Source of the DNA: Candidatus Magasanikbacteria bacterium RIFCSPHIGHO2_01_FULL_33_34
Lineage (GTDB): Bacteria > Patescibacteriota > Patescibacteriia > Magasanikbacterales > UBA922
Assembly (NCBI GenBank): GCA_001782825.1
Contig: MFPS01000008.1
Location: forward strand, 9,012-73,011
Direction of reading: 5' to 3'
Length of the DNA: 64,000 nucleotides
Of this stretch, positions 53,567 to 64,000 are shown one piece after another. The notes under the pieces are model-generated. The model had not been told where the DNA came from and ran no database searches. It saw only the letters and a list, made by a program, of their open reading frames with translations. Within the stretch, counting starts at the first letter, position 1. The number at the start of each line of letters is the position of its first letter. Position numbers and translations under genes: made by a program.

Positions 53567-56233
53567 TTATGCTAAATCTATTATTCTTTTTATAGCCAAA
53601 GCAACATTGCCTGGTTCTAGAATTGTCATAACTGGCACATGGCTTGGCATTTGTAAAGTTGAGTGTATATTTACTAGCATATCCATTTTGTCTTTAAAGG
53701 GTGGGCAAGCAATTACAGGTTTGTTACTATTGCCAGCCATAAATCCTGATAAAGCATTTGATCGTCCAGCAATTGTAATGTATACAACTTTTTCATCTTG
53801 GTATTTCTCCAATAATTCTAATAGTTTTGTAGCTTCTTTGTGAGCTGATGCTACATGTTGAACGTATGTAATAGATTGTTCTGAAAGCGCTTGAGTTATC
53901 TTTTGAGCATGATCTTCATCTTTGGTTGAACCAAGTATGAGTACGGCTTTTATTTTTGTTGTGCCTGTTGGTTGGAGGTATTGTAATTTTTCTATTGGTT
54001 TTTCTTCATTTTTTACTTCTGTTTTTATTGCTGTATTTTCTACTAGTTTATCTTCAGGAAATTGAAATTTTTCTCCAGTAATCATTTCATACAATTTAAT
54101 ATACCGTTTTGATAGCTCAATGACAAGTTCTTCTGGTGCTTTTGGTAGTTCAGCATCATTGTATGGGTCACAATTATTTTTAAACCAGATCCTCAAAAAT
54201 TCTTTGTCTATATTTTCTGGTTCTTGTCCTTTTGCAAAACGTTCTGCATAACTTTCAGCAATCCAGTAACGACTAGAGTCTGGTGTATGTATTTCATCAA
54301 TCAATAATATATTTCCATCTTTGTCTTTGCCAAATTCGTATTTTGTATCAACTAATATAAGACCATGTTCAGCCGATATTTTTTGTCCAAAAGCAAAAAG
54401 TTCCAATGATTTTTTGGATACATAATCCCATTCTGCTTGTGTCATTAGTCCTTTTTCTACTATTTCTTTTGGTGTTATTGAACTGTCATGGTTATCGTCT
54501 TTGGTAGTGGGTGTAACTATTGGGGTAAAAAATTTTTGATTTTTTACTAATCCATCTGGTAATAAATTACCGCAAAAATTACGAACACCTTTTTCATAAT
54601 TAATCCAAGCAGAAGTGTCTGTGGTACCAGTAATATATCCACGTACAACAAATTCTACAGGGAAAACTGTACATTTTTTGGCGATAGTTACATTTGGTTT
54701 TGGAATCTGTAAAACATGATTTGGAATAATATGTGCGGTTTTTTTAAACCACCATGCACTTGTTTGGTTTAAAACTTGTCCTTTAAATGGAATGGCTGCT
54801 AATACTTTATCAAATGCACTCTGGCGGTCTGTGGTAATCAAAATCATTTTATCATCAAATTCATAACTATCTCTTACTTTTCCTATTCTTTTTTTACCAG
54901 CATTAAATGTGGTTTGTGTGATACATTTGTTTAATTGGTTTTTTATTTTGTCTGTATAATCCATATGTTTATTATAAATATAGCAATTTTGTGAGTATTG
55001 ATTGAATAGTATGTGAGTTTTTAAGATTTGTTGTAGTTGAGTATCAATACTATCATTTTCCACAGAGATTTTCCACAAAGTACCTTTATTTATATTTTTT
55101 ATACCTTTAATATTTAGTCTATGGTCTAGTGTTTCTTTCTTATATTCACCAATTATGTCGTCATTGTTATTAACCAATAAACAGATTTGTTTTGTACCAA
55201 TTGCATTAAAATTTTCAATTACATATTCTTTATTAGAATTATATAATTCTCCAGTTTCGGTAATTTGTTTATATATTTCATCTTTATTTATATTGTCATC
55301 AAAATTTATTTCCCAATGAGTATATCTTTCTATATTTGCGTTTATACCGGTTTGTCTAAGGGTATTTTGTACGGTGGATACAACATTATCAGTAATAATT
55401 AATTTTGTAATGATTTCTTTGCTGTTTTCTTTTGGTTTGTATTTATTTAATTTATATTGATTTGGGGTGTAGGTGAGTGGAGTAAGATTGATACTTTTTT
55501 CTTTTTCAATGTATTCTCTCATTGATGTAAAGATTGGTTGTCCCATAGGTGTTCTTTCAGGATGAGGCATCATTGCCATAATATTGCCATTTTTATTAAT
55601 GACTGCTGCTAGATTGTACACTGTACCGTTTGGGTTGGTGGGGAATTGAGATTCAGTTTTGCCTTCATTGTCGCAATATCTGAATATTGTCATATGATTA
55701 AGTTTCATTTCTTCTAACAGTCTTTCTGGTATTACAAATCTACCTTCCCCGTGAGCAATGGGTAGTCTTATAAAATCACCTTGTGCCATGTGTCTACTAA
55801 ATGCTGATCTTTTACTAGGTATATCTAGCTTAATATTCACCCAATTGTTATAGAAGCCCACTCCTACTATTCTTTCATTTTGTATTTGTTTGTTAGAATC
55901 AAGCGCCATACCAACCTCATTGTTTTTAAGTCCAGGTACTAATCCTGATTCTACTAAAATCTGAGCGCCATTACATACACCGAGCACTGGTTTGCCTTTT
56001 TTTGATTCGTCAGTAATAATTTTCATTATAGGATCAAGTGAGGCGATTATTCCTGCGCGTGATCTATCTTCGTATGAAAATCCGCCCACTATAAAATAGC
56101 CGTCATAATTTTTTAATTTTTGATAATCTTGATTCCACAAAAATTCTTCTGCATTCATTTGAGCATTGCGTACAGCGCGAATAGATTCAGATTCACAATT
56201 ATTTCCAGGGAATTGTATTATGGCTATTTTCAT
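53567..56233 (-). CDS. multifunctional purine enzyme: PurQ (FGAM synthase GATase) - PurS-like - PurC (SAICAR synthetase) - PurE (AIR carboxylase/mutase) fusion
   Basis: N-terminus MKIAIIQFPGNNCE...GVCNGAQIL (PurQ); middle PurS-like segment; GKVRDSY...LITTDRQSAFD and VRGYITG (PurC); C-terminus LILGSTKDEDHAQ...VASAHKEA...AGRSNALSGFMAGNSNKPVIACPP (PurE); 888 aa. Confidence 0.8.
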   Translation of the reverse strand: MKIAIIQFPGNNCESESIRAVRNAQMNAEEFLWNQDYQKLKNYDGYFIVGGFSYEDRSRAGIIASLDPIMKIITDESKKGKPVLGVCNGAQILVESGLVPGLKNNEVGMALDSNKQIQNERIVGVGFYNNWVNIKLDIPSKRSAFSRHMAQGDFIRLPIAHGEGRFVIPERLLEEMKLNHMTIFRYCDNEGKTESQFPTNPNGTVYNLAAVINKNGNIMAMMPHPERTPMGQPIFTSMREYIEKEKSINLTPLTYTPNQYKLNKYKPKENSKEIITKLIITDNVVSTVQNTLRQTGINANIERYTHWEINFDDNINKDEIYKQITETGELYNSNKEYVIENFNAIGTKQICLLVNNNDDIIGEYKKETLDHRLNIKGIKNINKGTLWKISVENDSIDTQLQQILKTHILFNQYSQNCYIYNKHMDYTDKIKNQLNKCITQTTFNAGKKRIGKVRDSYEFDDKMILITTDRQSAFDKVLAAIPFKGQVLNQTSAWWFKKTAHIIPNHVLQIPKPNVTIAKKCTVFPVEFVVRGYITGTTDTSAWINYEKGVRNFCGNLLPDGLVKNQKFFTPIVTPTTKDDNHDSSITPKEIVEKGLMTQAEWDYVSKKSLELFAFGQKISAEHGLILVDTKYEFGKDKDGNILLIDEIHTPDSSRYWIAESYAERFAKGQEPENIDKEFLRIWFKNNCDPYNDAELPKAPEELVIELSKRYIKLYEMITGEKFQFPEDKLVENTAIKTEVKNEEKPIEKLQYLQPTGTTKIKAVLILGSTKDEDHAQKITQALSEQSITYVQHVASAHKEATKLLELLEKYQDEKVVYITIAGRSNALSGFMAGNSNKPVIACPPFKDKMDMLVNIHSTLQMPSHVPVMTILEPGNVALAIKRIIDLA

Positions 56234-56246
56234 AAGCTAATTGCAT

Positions 56247-57287
56247 TTATATTAATTTTACATTTTTATTTCCTTCTACAACTTTGCCAATTTCATAAAG
56301 TTTGAATTTTGGGTATTTAGTAATTTGTTCAAAAGTTTTTACAATATTTTCTGGAGAAATAACTAAAATCATTCCGATTCCCATATTAAATGTACGGTAC
56401 ATTTCTTTTTCTTCAATATTGCCGATTTGTTGCATAACTTCAAATACAGGTAAATGTGGCCAGCTTTTTTTGTTTATTTCTACAGCACAGTTATTTGGGA
56501 GTATGCGTGGAATATTTTCTATAAATCCACCACCTGTTATATGAGCTATACCTTTTATTTCAATTTCATTATCTAATATTCTTAAAATAGGATTTGTATA
56601 GTTTGTGTGTGGTTCTAGTAAAGTCTCACCAACAGATTTTTCAAATTCTGCAATTTTAGTTTCTACTCCATATTTTTCAATTTCGAAAAATAATTTTCTA
56701 GCCAAAGAATATCCATTTGTGTGTAATCCATTTGAAGCAAAACCTAATATAATATCACCTGATTTTATATTTTTTCCGGTAATTACTTTGTCTTTTTCAA
56801 CTACACCAGTTATGCATCCAACAATATCGTGTTCACCAGTTTTGTATACTCCGGGCATTTCTGCAGTTTCACCACCAACCAAGGAAATATTGTTTTCTAT
56901 GCATTCATGAACCATACTTTTGACAATTGTTTCAACTTGGTTTGGATCCAGTCTTTCACTGGCAATATAATCAAGAAAAGTTAAAGGTTTTGCACCCATA
57001 GCGACTATATCTCCAGCACAGTTACTAACAATATCAATACCAACTGTATCATATTTGTCCATCATTCTAGCTATAATCAGTTTTGTGCCAACGCCATCAA
57101 CGCTTTGGACCATTAGTGGATGTTTATACTCAGCAAAAGCTTCTTTTATATCGTATACAGCCCCAAAACTACCTAATCCTGTAAGGACATGTTTTGAAAA
57201 AGTTGTTTTTACTTTTTCTTTTATTCGTCTAACTGTTTCTTCGCCAGCATCTATATTAACGCCAGCTTGTTTGTAGGTAATTGTCAT
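56247..57287 (-). CDS. purM: phosphoribosylformylglycinamidine cyclo-ligase (AIR synthetase)
   Basis: ITYKQAGVNIDAGEE start typical of PurM; ORF track extends to upstream ATG at 57353, giving a 22-aa leader not seen in PurM. Confidence 0.9.
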   Translation of the reverse strand: MTITYKQAGVNIDAGEETVRRIKEKVKTTFSKHVLTGLGSFGAVYDIKEAFAEYKHPLMVQSVDGVGTKLIIARMMDKYDTVGIDIVSNCAGDIVAMGAKPLTFLDYIASERLDPNQVETIVKSMVHECIENNISLVGGETAEMPGVYKTGEHDIVGCITGVVEKDKVITGKNIKSGDIILGFASNGLHTNGYSLARKLFFEIEKYGVETKIAEFEKSVGETLLEPHTNYTNPILRILDNEIEIKGIAHITGGGFIENIPRILPNNCAVEINKKSWPHLPVFEVMQQIGNIEEKEMYRTFNMGIGMILVISPENIVKTFEQITKYPKFKLYEIGKVVEGNKNVKLI

Positions 57288-57337
57288 ATTATTTGACTTT
57301 TGTATTTTACTATGTTTAAATTTGATGAGAAAGGGGA

Positions 57338-57805
57338 ATGATAATGTTAACATTTTTGGGATTGAAAGTAGGTTTTATTGCAAGAGATTCAGATATTATT
57401 TCATTGTTGTCATTGGAATACAATGTCGGAAAAGATTGTATAAGAAAGCTCACAGCAAACGAAGTCAGTGGAGTAATATCTACAATACATATATTGATAG
57501 ATTATGTCAACGATACAAGGAGTGATAGGAATATTACATTAATATCTAATAATTATTCAAGTATTTGTAGAGACATAACGTTTCTAAAGTTGTCTATAAA
57601 TACAGGATATTTAGGGATTACTTTAGAGTTTTCTAAAGAAAGAGAAAATCTCATAGCAGAATCTACAATATATGAGATAGATGCATTAGTTGATGCAATT
57701 AGGTTATTGGCAGATTATGTGAATATAGTGAATACTGAAAATGGTAAACGTATACATGTGTCTTGCGCAATTGACCCTGAGGCATCCTACAGAAATGAAA
57801 AATAA
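57338..57805 (+). CDS. hypothetical protein encoded on opposite strand inside the pur gene string
   Basis: 155-aa ORF filling a ~0.7-kb gap between purM and purL; followed by palindrome and hairpin/T-run terminator on its own strand; no recognised motif. Confidence 0.4.
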   Translation: MIMLTFLGLKVGFIARDSDIISLLSLEYNVGKDCIRKLTANEVSGVISTIHILIDYVNDTRSDRNITLISNNYSSICRDITFLKLSINTGYLGITLEFSKERENLIAESTIYEIDALVDAIRLLADYVNIVNTENGKRIHVSCAIDPEASYRNEK

Positions 57806-57832
57806 TTATCTTCTCGTCCGGTTATAGGAGGT

Positions 57833-57888
57833 GTCCACGGCGAGAATTATATATATAATTAATTTATATATATAATTCTGTCGTGGAC
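57833..57888. repeat. ~56-bp AT-rich imperfect palindrome
   Basis: GTCCACGGCGAGAATTATATATATAATT / AATTTATATATATAATTCTGTCGTGGAC. Confidence 0.6.
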
Positions 57889-57905
57889 TATTTTAAGGAG
57901 CGCTT

Positions 57906-57940
57906 AATCCAATCTTTGTTAAGGTTGGATTTTGCTTTTG
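57906..57940 (+). terminator. rho-independent terminator downstream of ORF 57338-57805
   Basis: AATCCAATC-8nt-GGTTGGATT followed by TTGCTTTTG. Confidence 0.5.
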
Positions 57941-58030
57941 TATGTGGTTTTATTTTTTGTTATAAATAAATTTGATAATTATCATATTTTTATTATTTTA
58001 TAAACAGTGCTTTATTTTTTTATAAATAAA

Positions 58031-60361
58031 TTATAATTTATTTCGTAGGCCATTTTTCCAAGCTCTTTTTGCTTTTTTTAAATCAATATTTATAAGGTTA
58101 TTTATTTTTAGTTGTTTATTTTCTGTCGTTTTACCAATTTTAAATATTTGAGTTACTCTACTTTTAAATATTTTTTCTACAGTTTCAAAATTTGAAATTT
58201 CAACTTCAAATACAAAGCCACCTGTTTCTGAAAACATTTTTTTATCATTATTTATTTCGCCTGGAATATTTACATCAAATCCAATTTCATTTTTGAAACT
58301 CATTTCTGCTAGTGTTGTTACTATCCCTCCATCTGAAATATCGTGAGCGCCGAGGATTAGTTTTCTATTTATACAATCTGTCAGAGCATAAACTTGATTT
58401 CTAACTTCATTTAGTTTTGGTTTGGGTATGTTTGCGCCAAGTTCATTGTGTAAATCATAATATACACTTCCGCCACATTCATCTTTTCTTTTTCCTACCA
58501 TAACAATTATAGAATCTATATTTTTGAAATGCATGGTAATTGCTTTATTAGTATCTTCTAGTTTTCCTAAACAGGCAATTATTGGGCTTGGAGCTATGGC
58601 TTTACCTTCAGATTCATTATAAAGAGATACATTTCCAGATATTATTGGTATAGGACTGCCATTTTCTTTGAGAAGTATATTTTTGCAGGCATCAGCTACG
58701 CCTTTTACACCTTCTGTAAATTCCCACATTTGTTCTGGTTTTTCAGGGTTTCCAAAATTGAGACAATCAGTAATTGCTTGGGGGGTGGCGCCAACACAAG
58801 CAATATTTCTTACAGCTTCTGCAACTGCATTTATTCCTCCCCAGTATGGATCTATTATGCTATAACGAGGATTATGATCAACAGATAATGCAACGCCTGT
58901 AGATTTTATTTCTTCTGGATATGTATCATCTTTAAAAGGCTGTATGACTCCAGCATCAGCTTCACCTGGTTCAATTACTGAAATGCCTTGAACATTTTTA
59001 TCGTATTTTTCATAAATAGGTGAACGAGATGCAACGTTTTCGTGAGATAATATTTTTAAAAGTATTGTATTATAATCCATTTCTGGAATATTTGGTTCAG
59101 AAAAATTTCTATTAGGTTTTTCGTAATTGCGATTATAGAGTAAGCCTTTGGTTATATCGCTTGCTCTGGCATGGACTATTTCTTGGTTTTTGTATTTTAC
59201 AATAAATTGGTCATCATCTTTTATTTTACCAATTACTGTTGCTTTTGCACCTTCCGAAACTTTTGGCAAGTCAAAAGTTTTATTATAATGATCAAGTACT
59301 AAATCAGTAATTTCTGGGGACACAACCCACATAAATCTTTCTTGTGTTTCAGAACACAACAATACAGAAGGGTGCAAATTTTCCATAGAGCGATGTGCTA
59401 AATCCAGATTAATTTCAGCACCTAGACCAGCTGAATCAGCTAGTTCAACTGCTGCACAAGCAATACCACCAGCTCCCAAATCTTTGAAGCCTACTTTATT
59501 TATTAAATTTTTTTCTTTTAAAATTTTAAAAAGTTCATTATTTGCTTTGAGTAGGTGTCTTTTTAGAAATGCATTTGGTTCTTGGACTGCTCCTTTATTT
59601 TTTTCTTTTTCTTTTTCATTTAATTCAAGAGATGCAAAACTGGCTCCTCCAAATCCACTATTGTCTGTTGGCTTGCCAATTAATATTAAATTATAGCCGG
59701 TTGAGTTTTTTGGGGCTTTGGAATGGATTATCTCATCTTCTCGCAATACGCCTAGGGTTACAACATTAACCAAACAATTGTCATTATATTTTTTATTATA
59801 ATATACATCTCCGCCTATATTTGGTACACCAATCGGATTCCCATATCCAGCAATTCCAGAAACTACGCCTTCATGTATCCATTTGGTTTTGTTATTTTTG
59901 ATTTCTCCAAAACGAAGAGGGTCGGCAATTGCTATTACTTTTGCTCCCATACAACTAACATCTCTCACATTACCACCGATGCCAGTAGCTGCGCCTTCGT
60001 AAGGTACAATTTGTGATGGATGATTGTGAGATTCATGGCTTATTACAATTCCGTATTTGTTGCCTTCATGGTCTTTGGCTATTTCTACGATTCCAGCATC
60101 TTCTGATGGTCCTAAAATTACATTGGGACCTTTGGTTATAAATTGTTCTAAAAAAGGCCGACTGCTTTTATATGAACAATGTTCTGATCCTTGGATTGAC
60201 CATAATATACATTCTGTAATAGAAGGTGGACGTTTTAAAATTTCATTCTGGATTTTTAGAATTTCATCTACTGTGAGGGCAATACGATATTCATTCAATT
60301 TATTTTTGATTTCTTGTTGATTCATTTTTGCAAAGTCAATTGTTTCAGTAGTAAAATTCAT
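58031..60361 (-). CDS. purL: phosphoribosylformylglycinamidine synthase II (large subunit PurL)
   Basis: PurM-like tandem domains of PurL; start at ATG 60361 (MNFTTETIDF) preferred because the track start 60448 would overlap purA by ~58 nt. Confidence 0.93.
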   Translation of the reverse strand: MNFTTETIDFAKMNQQEIKNKLNEYRIALTVDEILKIQNEILKRPPSITECILWSIQGSEHCSYKSSRPFLEQFITKGPNVILGPSEDAGIVEIAKDHEGNKYGIVISHESHNHPSQIVPYEGAATGIGGNVRDVSCMGAKVIAIADPLRFGEIKNNKTKWIHEGVVSGIAGYGNPIGVPNIGGDVYYNKKYNDNCLVNVVTLGVLREDEIIHSKAPKNSTGYNLILIGKPTDNSGFGGASFASLELNEKEKEKNKGAVQEPNAFLKRHLLKANNELFKILKEKNLINKVGFKDLGAGGIACAAVELADSAGLGAEINLDLAHRSMENLHPSVLLCSETQERFMWVVSPEITDLVLDHYNKTFDLPKVSEGAKATVIGKIKDDDQFIVKYKNQEIVHARASDITKGLLYNRNYEKPNRNFSEPNIPEMDYNTILLKILSHENVASRSPIYEKYDKNVQGISVIEPGEADAGVIQPFKDDTYPEEIKSTGVALSVDHNPRYSIIDPYWGGINAVAEAVRNIACVGATPQAITDCLNFGNPEKPEQMWEFTEGVKGVADACKNILLKENGSPIPIISGNVSLYNESEGKAIAPSPIIACLGKLEDTNKAITMHFKNIDSIIVMVGKRKDECGGSVYYDLHNELGANIPKPKLNEVRNQVYALTDCINRKLILGAHDISDGGIVTTLAEMSFKNEIGFDVNIPGEINNDKKMFSETGGFVFEVEISNFETVEKIFKSRVTQIFKIGKTTENKQLKINNLINIDLKKAKRAWKNGLRNKL

Positions 60362-60390
60362 ATGTGGTGTTCTATCTTTATAGAGAAAAT

Positions 60391-61695
<1,305 letters not shown>

Positions 61696-61698
61696 TTA

Positions 61699-62550
61699 TT
61701 ATTTAATATTATTGTTGTGTTCACAGCAGATTATTGTATTTAACAATAATCTAGCTACAGTAATTGGTCCGACACCGCCTGGTGTAGGAGTAACATAGGC
61801 AACTTTATCTAATATTTCTTTTACATTTACATCTCCAGACATTTTTTTTTGCTCAAAAGAAACACCAGTATCAATGACAATAACACCTGGTGAAACCATA
61901 TCTTTTCTTAAAATATTTTTTTTGCCAACGCCAGTTATTATGATATCAGATGCTAAACATTTTTCTTTTGTATCTTTTGTTTTGCTATTACATACCGTGA
62001 CGCTGGCATATTCATTCATCATCATAATAGCAAGTGGTTTACCAACCAATGGTCCGGCACCAATAATAGTGACATTTTTACCAATCAAATCAATATTTAA
62101 TTTGTGGATGATACTCATCACTGCTCCTGGGGTAGGTGGGACAAGAAAGTTTGTTTTCATTACTAGTTTTCCTAGGTTTACATTTGTTAGGCAATCAACA
62201 TCAATTTCTGGTTTTATGGTATTCAAGACAGAGTTAGTATTAATATGTTTTGGTAATGGTAGTTGTACAATTATTCCAGACAAGTCTTTATCATTTTGAA
62301 TTTCTTCAATTTTTTTTATTAATTGTTTGGTGGTAATAGTAGAATTGATTTTGTGCAATTTGAAGGCCATACCAGCTTTTTGTGCAGCTTGTCCTTTTTT
62401 TTTGACGTAAGTTTGGGATGGTTTATCTTTTCCAACTAAAATAACCGCCAGTTTTGGGGTAATTTTTTGTTTTTTTAGTAGAGAAACTTTTTCAGCAACT
62501 TTTTCATTTATTTTGTCCGCAATAGCCTTTCCATCAATTAATGCGCCCAT
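61699..62550 (-). CDS. folD: bifunctional methylenetetrahydrofolate dehydrogenase/cyclohydrolase
   Basis: IDGKAIA N-terminus, PGGVGP motif; 283 aa. Confidence 0.9.
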   Translation of the reverse strand: MGALIDGKAIADKINEKVAEKVSLLKKQKITPKLAVILVGKDKPSQTYVKKKGQAAQKAGMAFKLHKINSTITTKQLIKKIEEIQNDKDLSGIIVQLPLPKHINTNSVLNTIKPEIDVDCLTNVNLGKLVMKTNFLVPPTPGAVMSIIHKLNIDLIGKNVTIIGAGPLVGKPLAIMMMNEYASVTVCNSKTKDTKEKCLASDIIITGVGKKNILRKDMVSPGVIVIDTGVSFEQKKMSGDVNVKEILDKVAYVTPTPGGVGPITVARLLLNTIICCEHNNNIK

Positions 62551-62646
62551 AAGCCTATAATTTTATATTTAATTTTTTATTATAAACCAAAAATATTATA
62601 TCACACCGATAATATATAGCAAGTGAAATATTTGATTAATTTTTAA

Positions 62647-62673
62647 AGCTGCCTTGTTTGTGGCAAGGCAGCT
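62647..62673 (-). terminator. stem-loop immediately 3' of minus-strand gene 62691-63065 (putative terminator)
   Basis: AGCTGCCTTG-7nt-CAAGGCAGCT perfect 10-bp stem; flanking tract A/T-rich but not a clean U-run. Confidence 0.4.
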
Positions 62674-62690
62674 TGTGTCAAGGAGCTGTG

Positions 62691-63065
62691 TCAGAATCCT
62701 TGGTAACTAAGACCATAAAGCTTTTTATAGTCGATTGGTTCATTAAGGTTGTTTATGGTATCTAATACCATTTTATGTTCTGATAAAAGATCATTTAGCT
62801 CTTTTCTGGTTTTTTCGCCATGTTCATGGCGTTCTTTTTCAGTAGATTGGTCTTTTCCAAGTGTAATAGTGTCTTGAAACACCATATACACTATAATTTT
62901 ATTGGATTTTTTATTGAAAAAAACAATCAGATGAACTAGTTTTGTAGTGGTTTGTTTGGGTATTGCAACCACTCTTCCTACTTGGAAAGAGTCAAATCCT
63001 TGTCGGATTAGATCCTTTGTGCAGGTGTGAATTCTCTCAAAACATAAGTATTTTGGTTTTTCCAC
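62691..63065 (-). CDS. hypothetical protein
   Basis: 124-aa ORF; no motif recognised. Confidence 0.5.
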   Translation of the reverse strand: MEKPKYLCFERIHTCTKDLIRQGFDSFQVGRVVAIPKQTTTKLVHLIVFFNKKSNKIIVYMVFQDTITLGKDQSTEKERHEHGEKTRKELNDLLSEHKMVLDTINNLNEPIDYKKLYGLSYQGF

Positions 63066-63131
63066 AGTGCCCCCTTGGTTAAATTTACTCTAGCATAGAT
63101 TATTGTGTTTGTCAATACTATGTATAGAGCT

Positions 63132-64000
63132 TTAAATTTGATTGTTGTATATAGTATTGAGGATATTATGACCAACATTATTTTTAAAATGGGAGTCTTC
63201 ATAATAATTAGTCATATCTTTGGTATATTCATTTATACCAGAAAAATCATATATATTACTTTCACCAAAAATATTATTCAATTTTTTTATGTCTTTGTCG
63301 TTGAGTTTAATTTGATCATAAAGAGGCATAATGATAATCTTGTAATTTGTTTTTTGACTATTAAATATTGCTTTGATTTCTTTGAGTAATAATAATTGTT
63401 TTTGCTCAATGACGGGCGGATGAAAACTTTGTAAATTATTGCGCTCATAAAATATATTAGAGCGATTTTTGTAGTATAGTTGTCCTTCGGATTCAATTTG
63501 TTTGTTGAACCCGCTTGGTGTCCATTCATTGGTTTGAGGATCAAAAGAGACATCAGTTTTATTATCTATATTTTTCATATAAGGACGATAAGTATTGAAT
63601 AACTTGAAATCAATATATTCAATTGTGAATCGTCCTAGATAATCGTCTAAGGCTGAAAAATAGAATGGTAACCATTTTTTTGTAATAGCGGGATGTTTTT
63701 TGTTATGAAACTTGTTACTTTCTTTGGTTTGGTATAGGGTATTATAATCTAGTAAAACTAAGGCATTTTTGATTACACCGTTAGTATTATTAATAAAATT
63801 TATTTTTTTTGAAATTCCAAAAAGATTTTCACTAGAAGCTACAAAGTAATAAATCGAAGCGGTTGATTTAAGGTATTTTTGCCAGTCTTTAGATCTAAAT
63901 CCCATGGAACGGGAATTACCAAATACAAAAGAATCATATTGGTATTGTTTAACTTGATTTATATAAACTTCAGTTCCAAGGAAGTCATTATTTAATGGAA
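63132..64000 (-). CDS. hypothetical protein, 5' end beyond window (reading frame stays open from 63905 to window edge)
   Basis: Track ORF 63132-63905; checked codon by codon that no stop occurs upstream to position 64000; no motif recognised. Confidence 0.5.
   Translation of the reverse strand, partial: PLNNDFLGTEVYINQVKQYQYDSFVFGNSRSMGFRSKDWQKYLKSTASIYYFVASSENLFGISKKINFINNTNGVIKNALVLLDYNTLYQTKESNKFHNKKHPAITKKWLPFYFSALDDYLGRFTIEYIDFKLFNTYRPYMKNIDNKTDVSFDPQTNEWTPSGFNKQIESEGQLYYKNRSNIFYERNNLQSFHPPVIEQKQLLLLKEIKAIFNSQKTNYKIIIMPLYDQIKLNDKDIKKLNNIFGESNIYDFSGINEYTKDMTNYYEDSHFKNNVGHNILNTIYNNQI

Overview
AT-rich bacterial chromosomal segment with compact gene organisation, several TTG starts and few Shine-Dalgarno sequences. 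Together with Elp3/Trm9-like tRNA-modification genes, an archaeal-type UMP kinase and a PAICS-like PurC-PurE fusion, this suggests (by inference only) a small-genome lineage such as CPR/Patescibacteria. No rRNA, tRNA, CRISPR array, transposase or integrase was recognised. Content in order: H+-PPase (3' part), a GC-rich two-gene island (Nudix-like + NhaA), infB, trxA, gdhA, ECF sigma factor, suhB, leuS carrying an extra alpha/beta-hydrolase domain, a ComEC gene split by an inserted ORF, holin-like protein, UMP kinase-like, tsaE, glyA, GGDEF cyclase, head-to-head Elp3-like/Trm9-like pair, PLP enzyme, an unusual peptidoglycan-precursor cluster (Mpl/MurC-type ligase, ATE/Bpt-like aminoacyl-tRNA transferase, MraY, ATP-grasp::NlpC/P60 fusion, MurB), hpf, secA, YjjX-like NTPase, secD with tandem parvulin insertion, secF, a candidate cobalamin-riboswitch-controlled B12-capture operon (DUF4430 protein + large alpha-toroid surface protein + S-component-like permease), dus, guaA/guaB, and a near-complete de novo purine cluster (purH, N, D, F, B, a PurQ-PurS-PurC-PurE fusion, purM, purL, purA, folD). 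A structured palindromic repeat family (3 full copies, 1 variant, 1 fragment) is scattered through intergenic regions. Hand-derived coordinates (small ORFs, RNA elements, repeats) may be off by a base or two; ORF-track coordinates were used where available.
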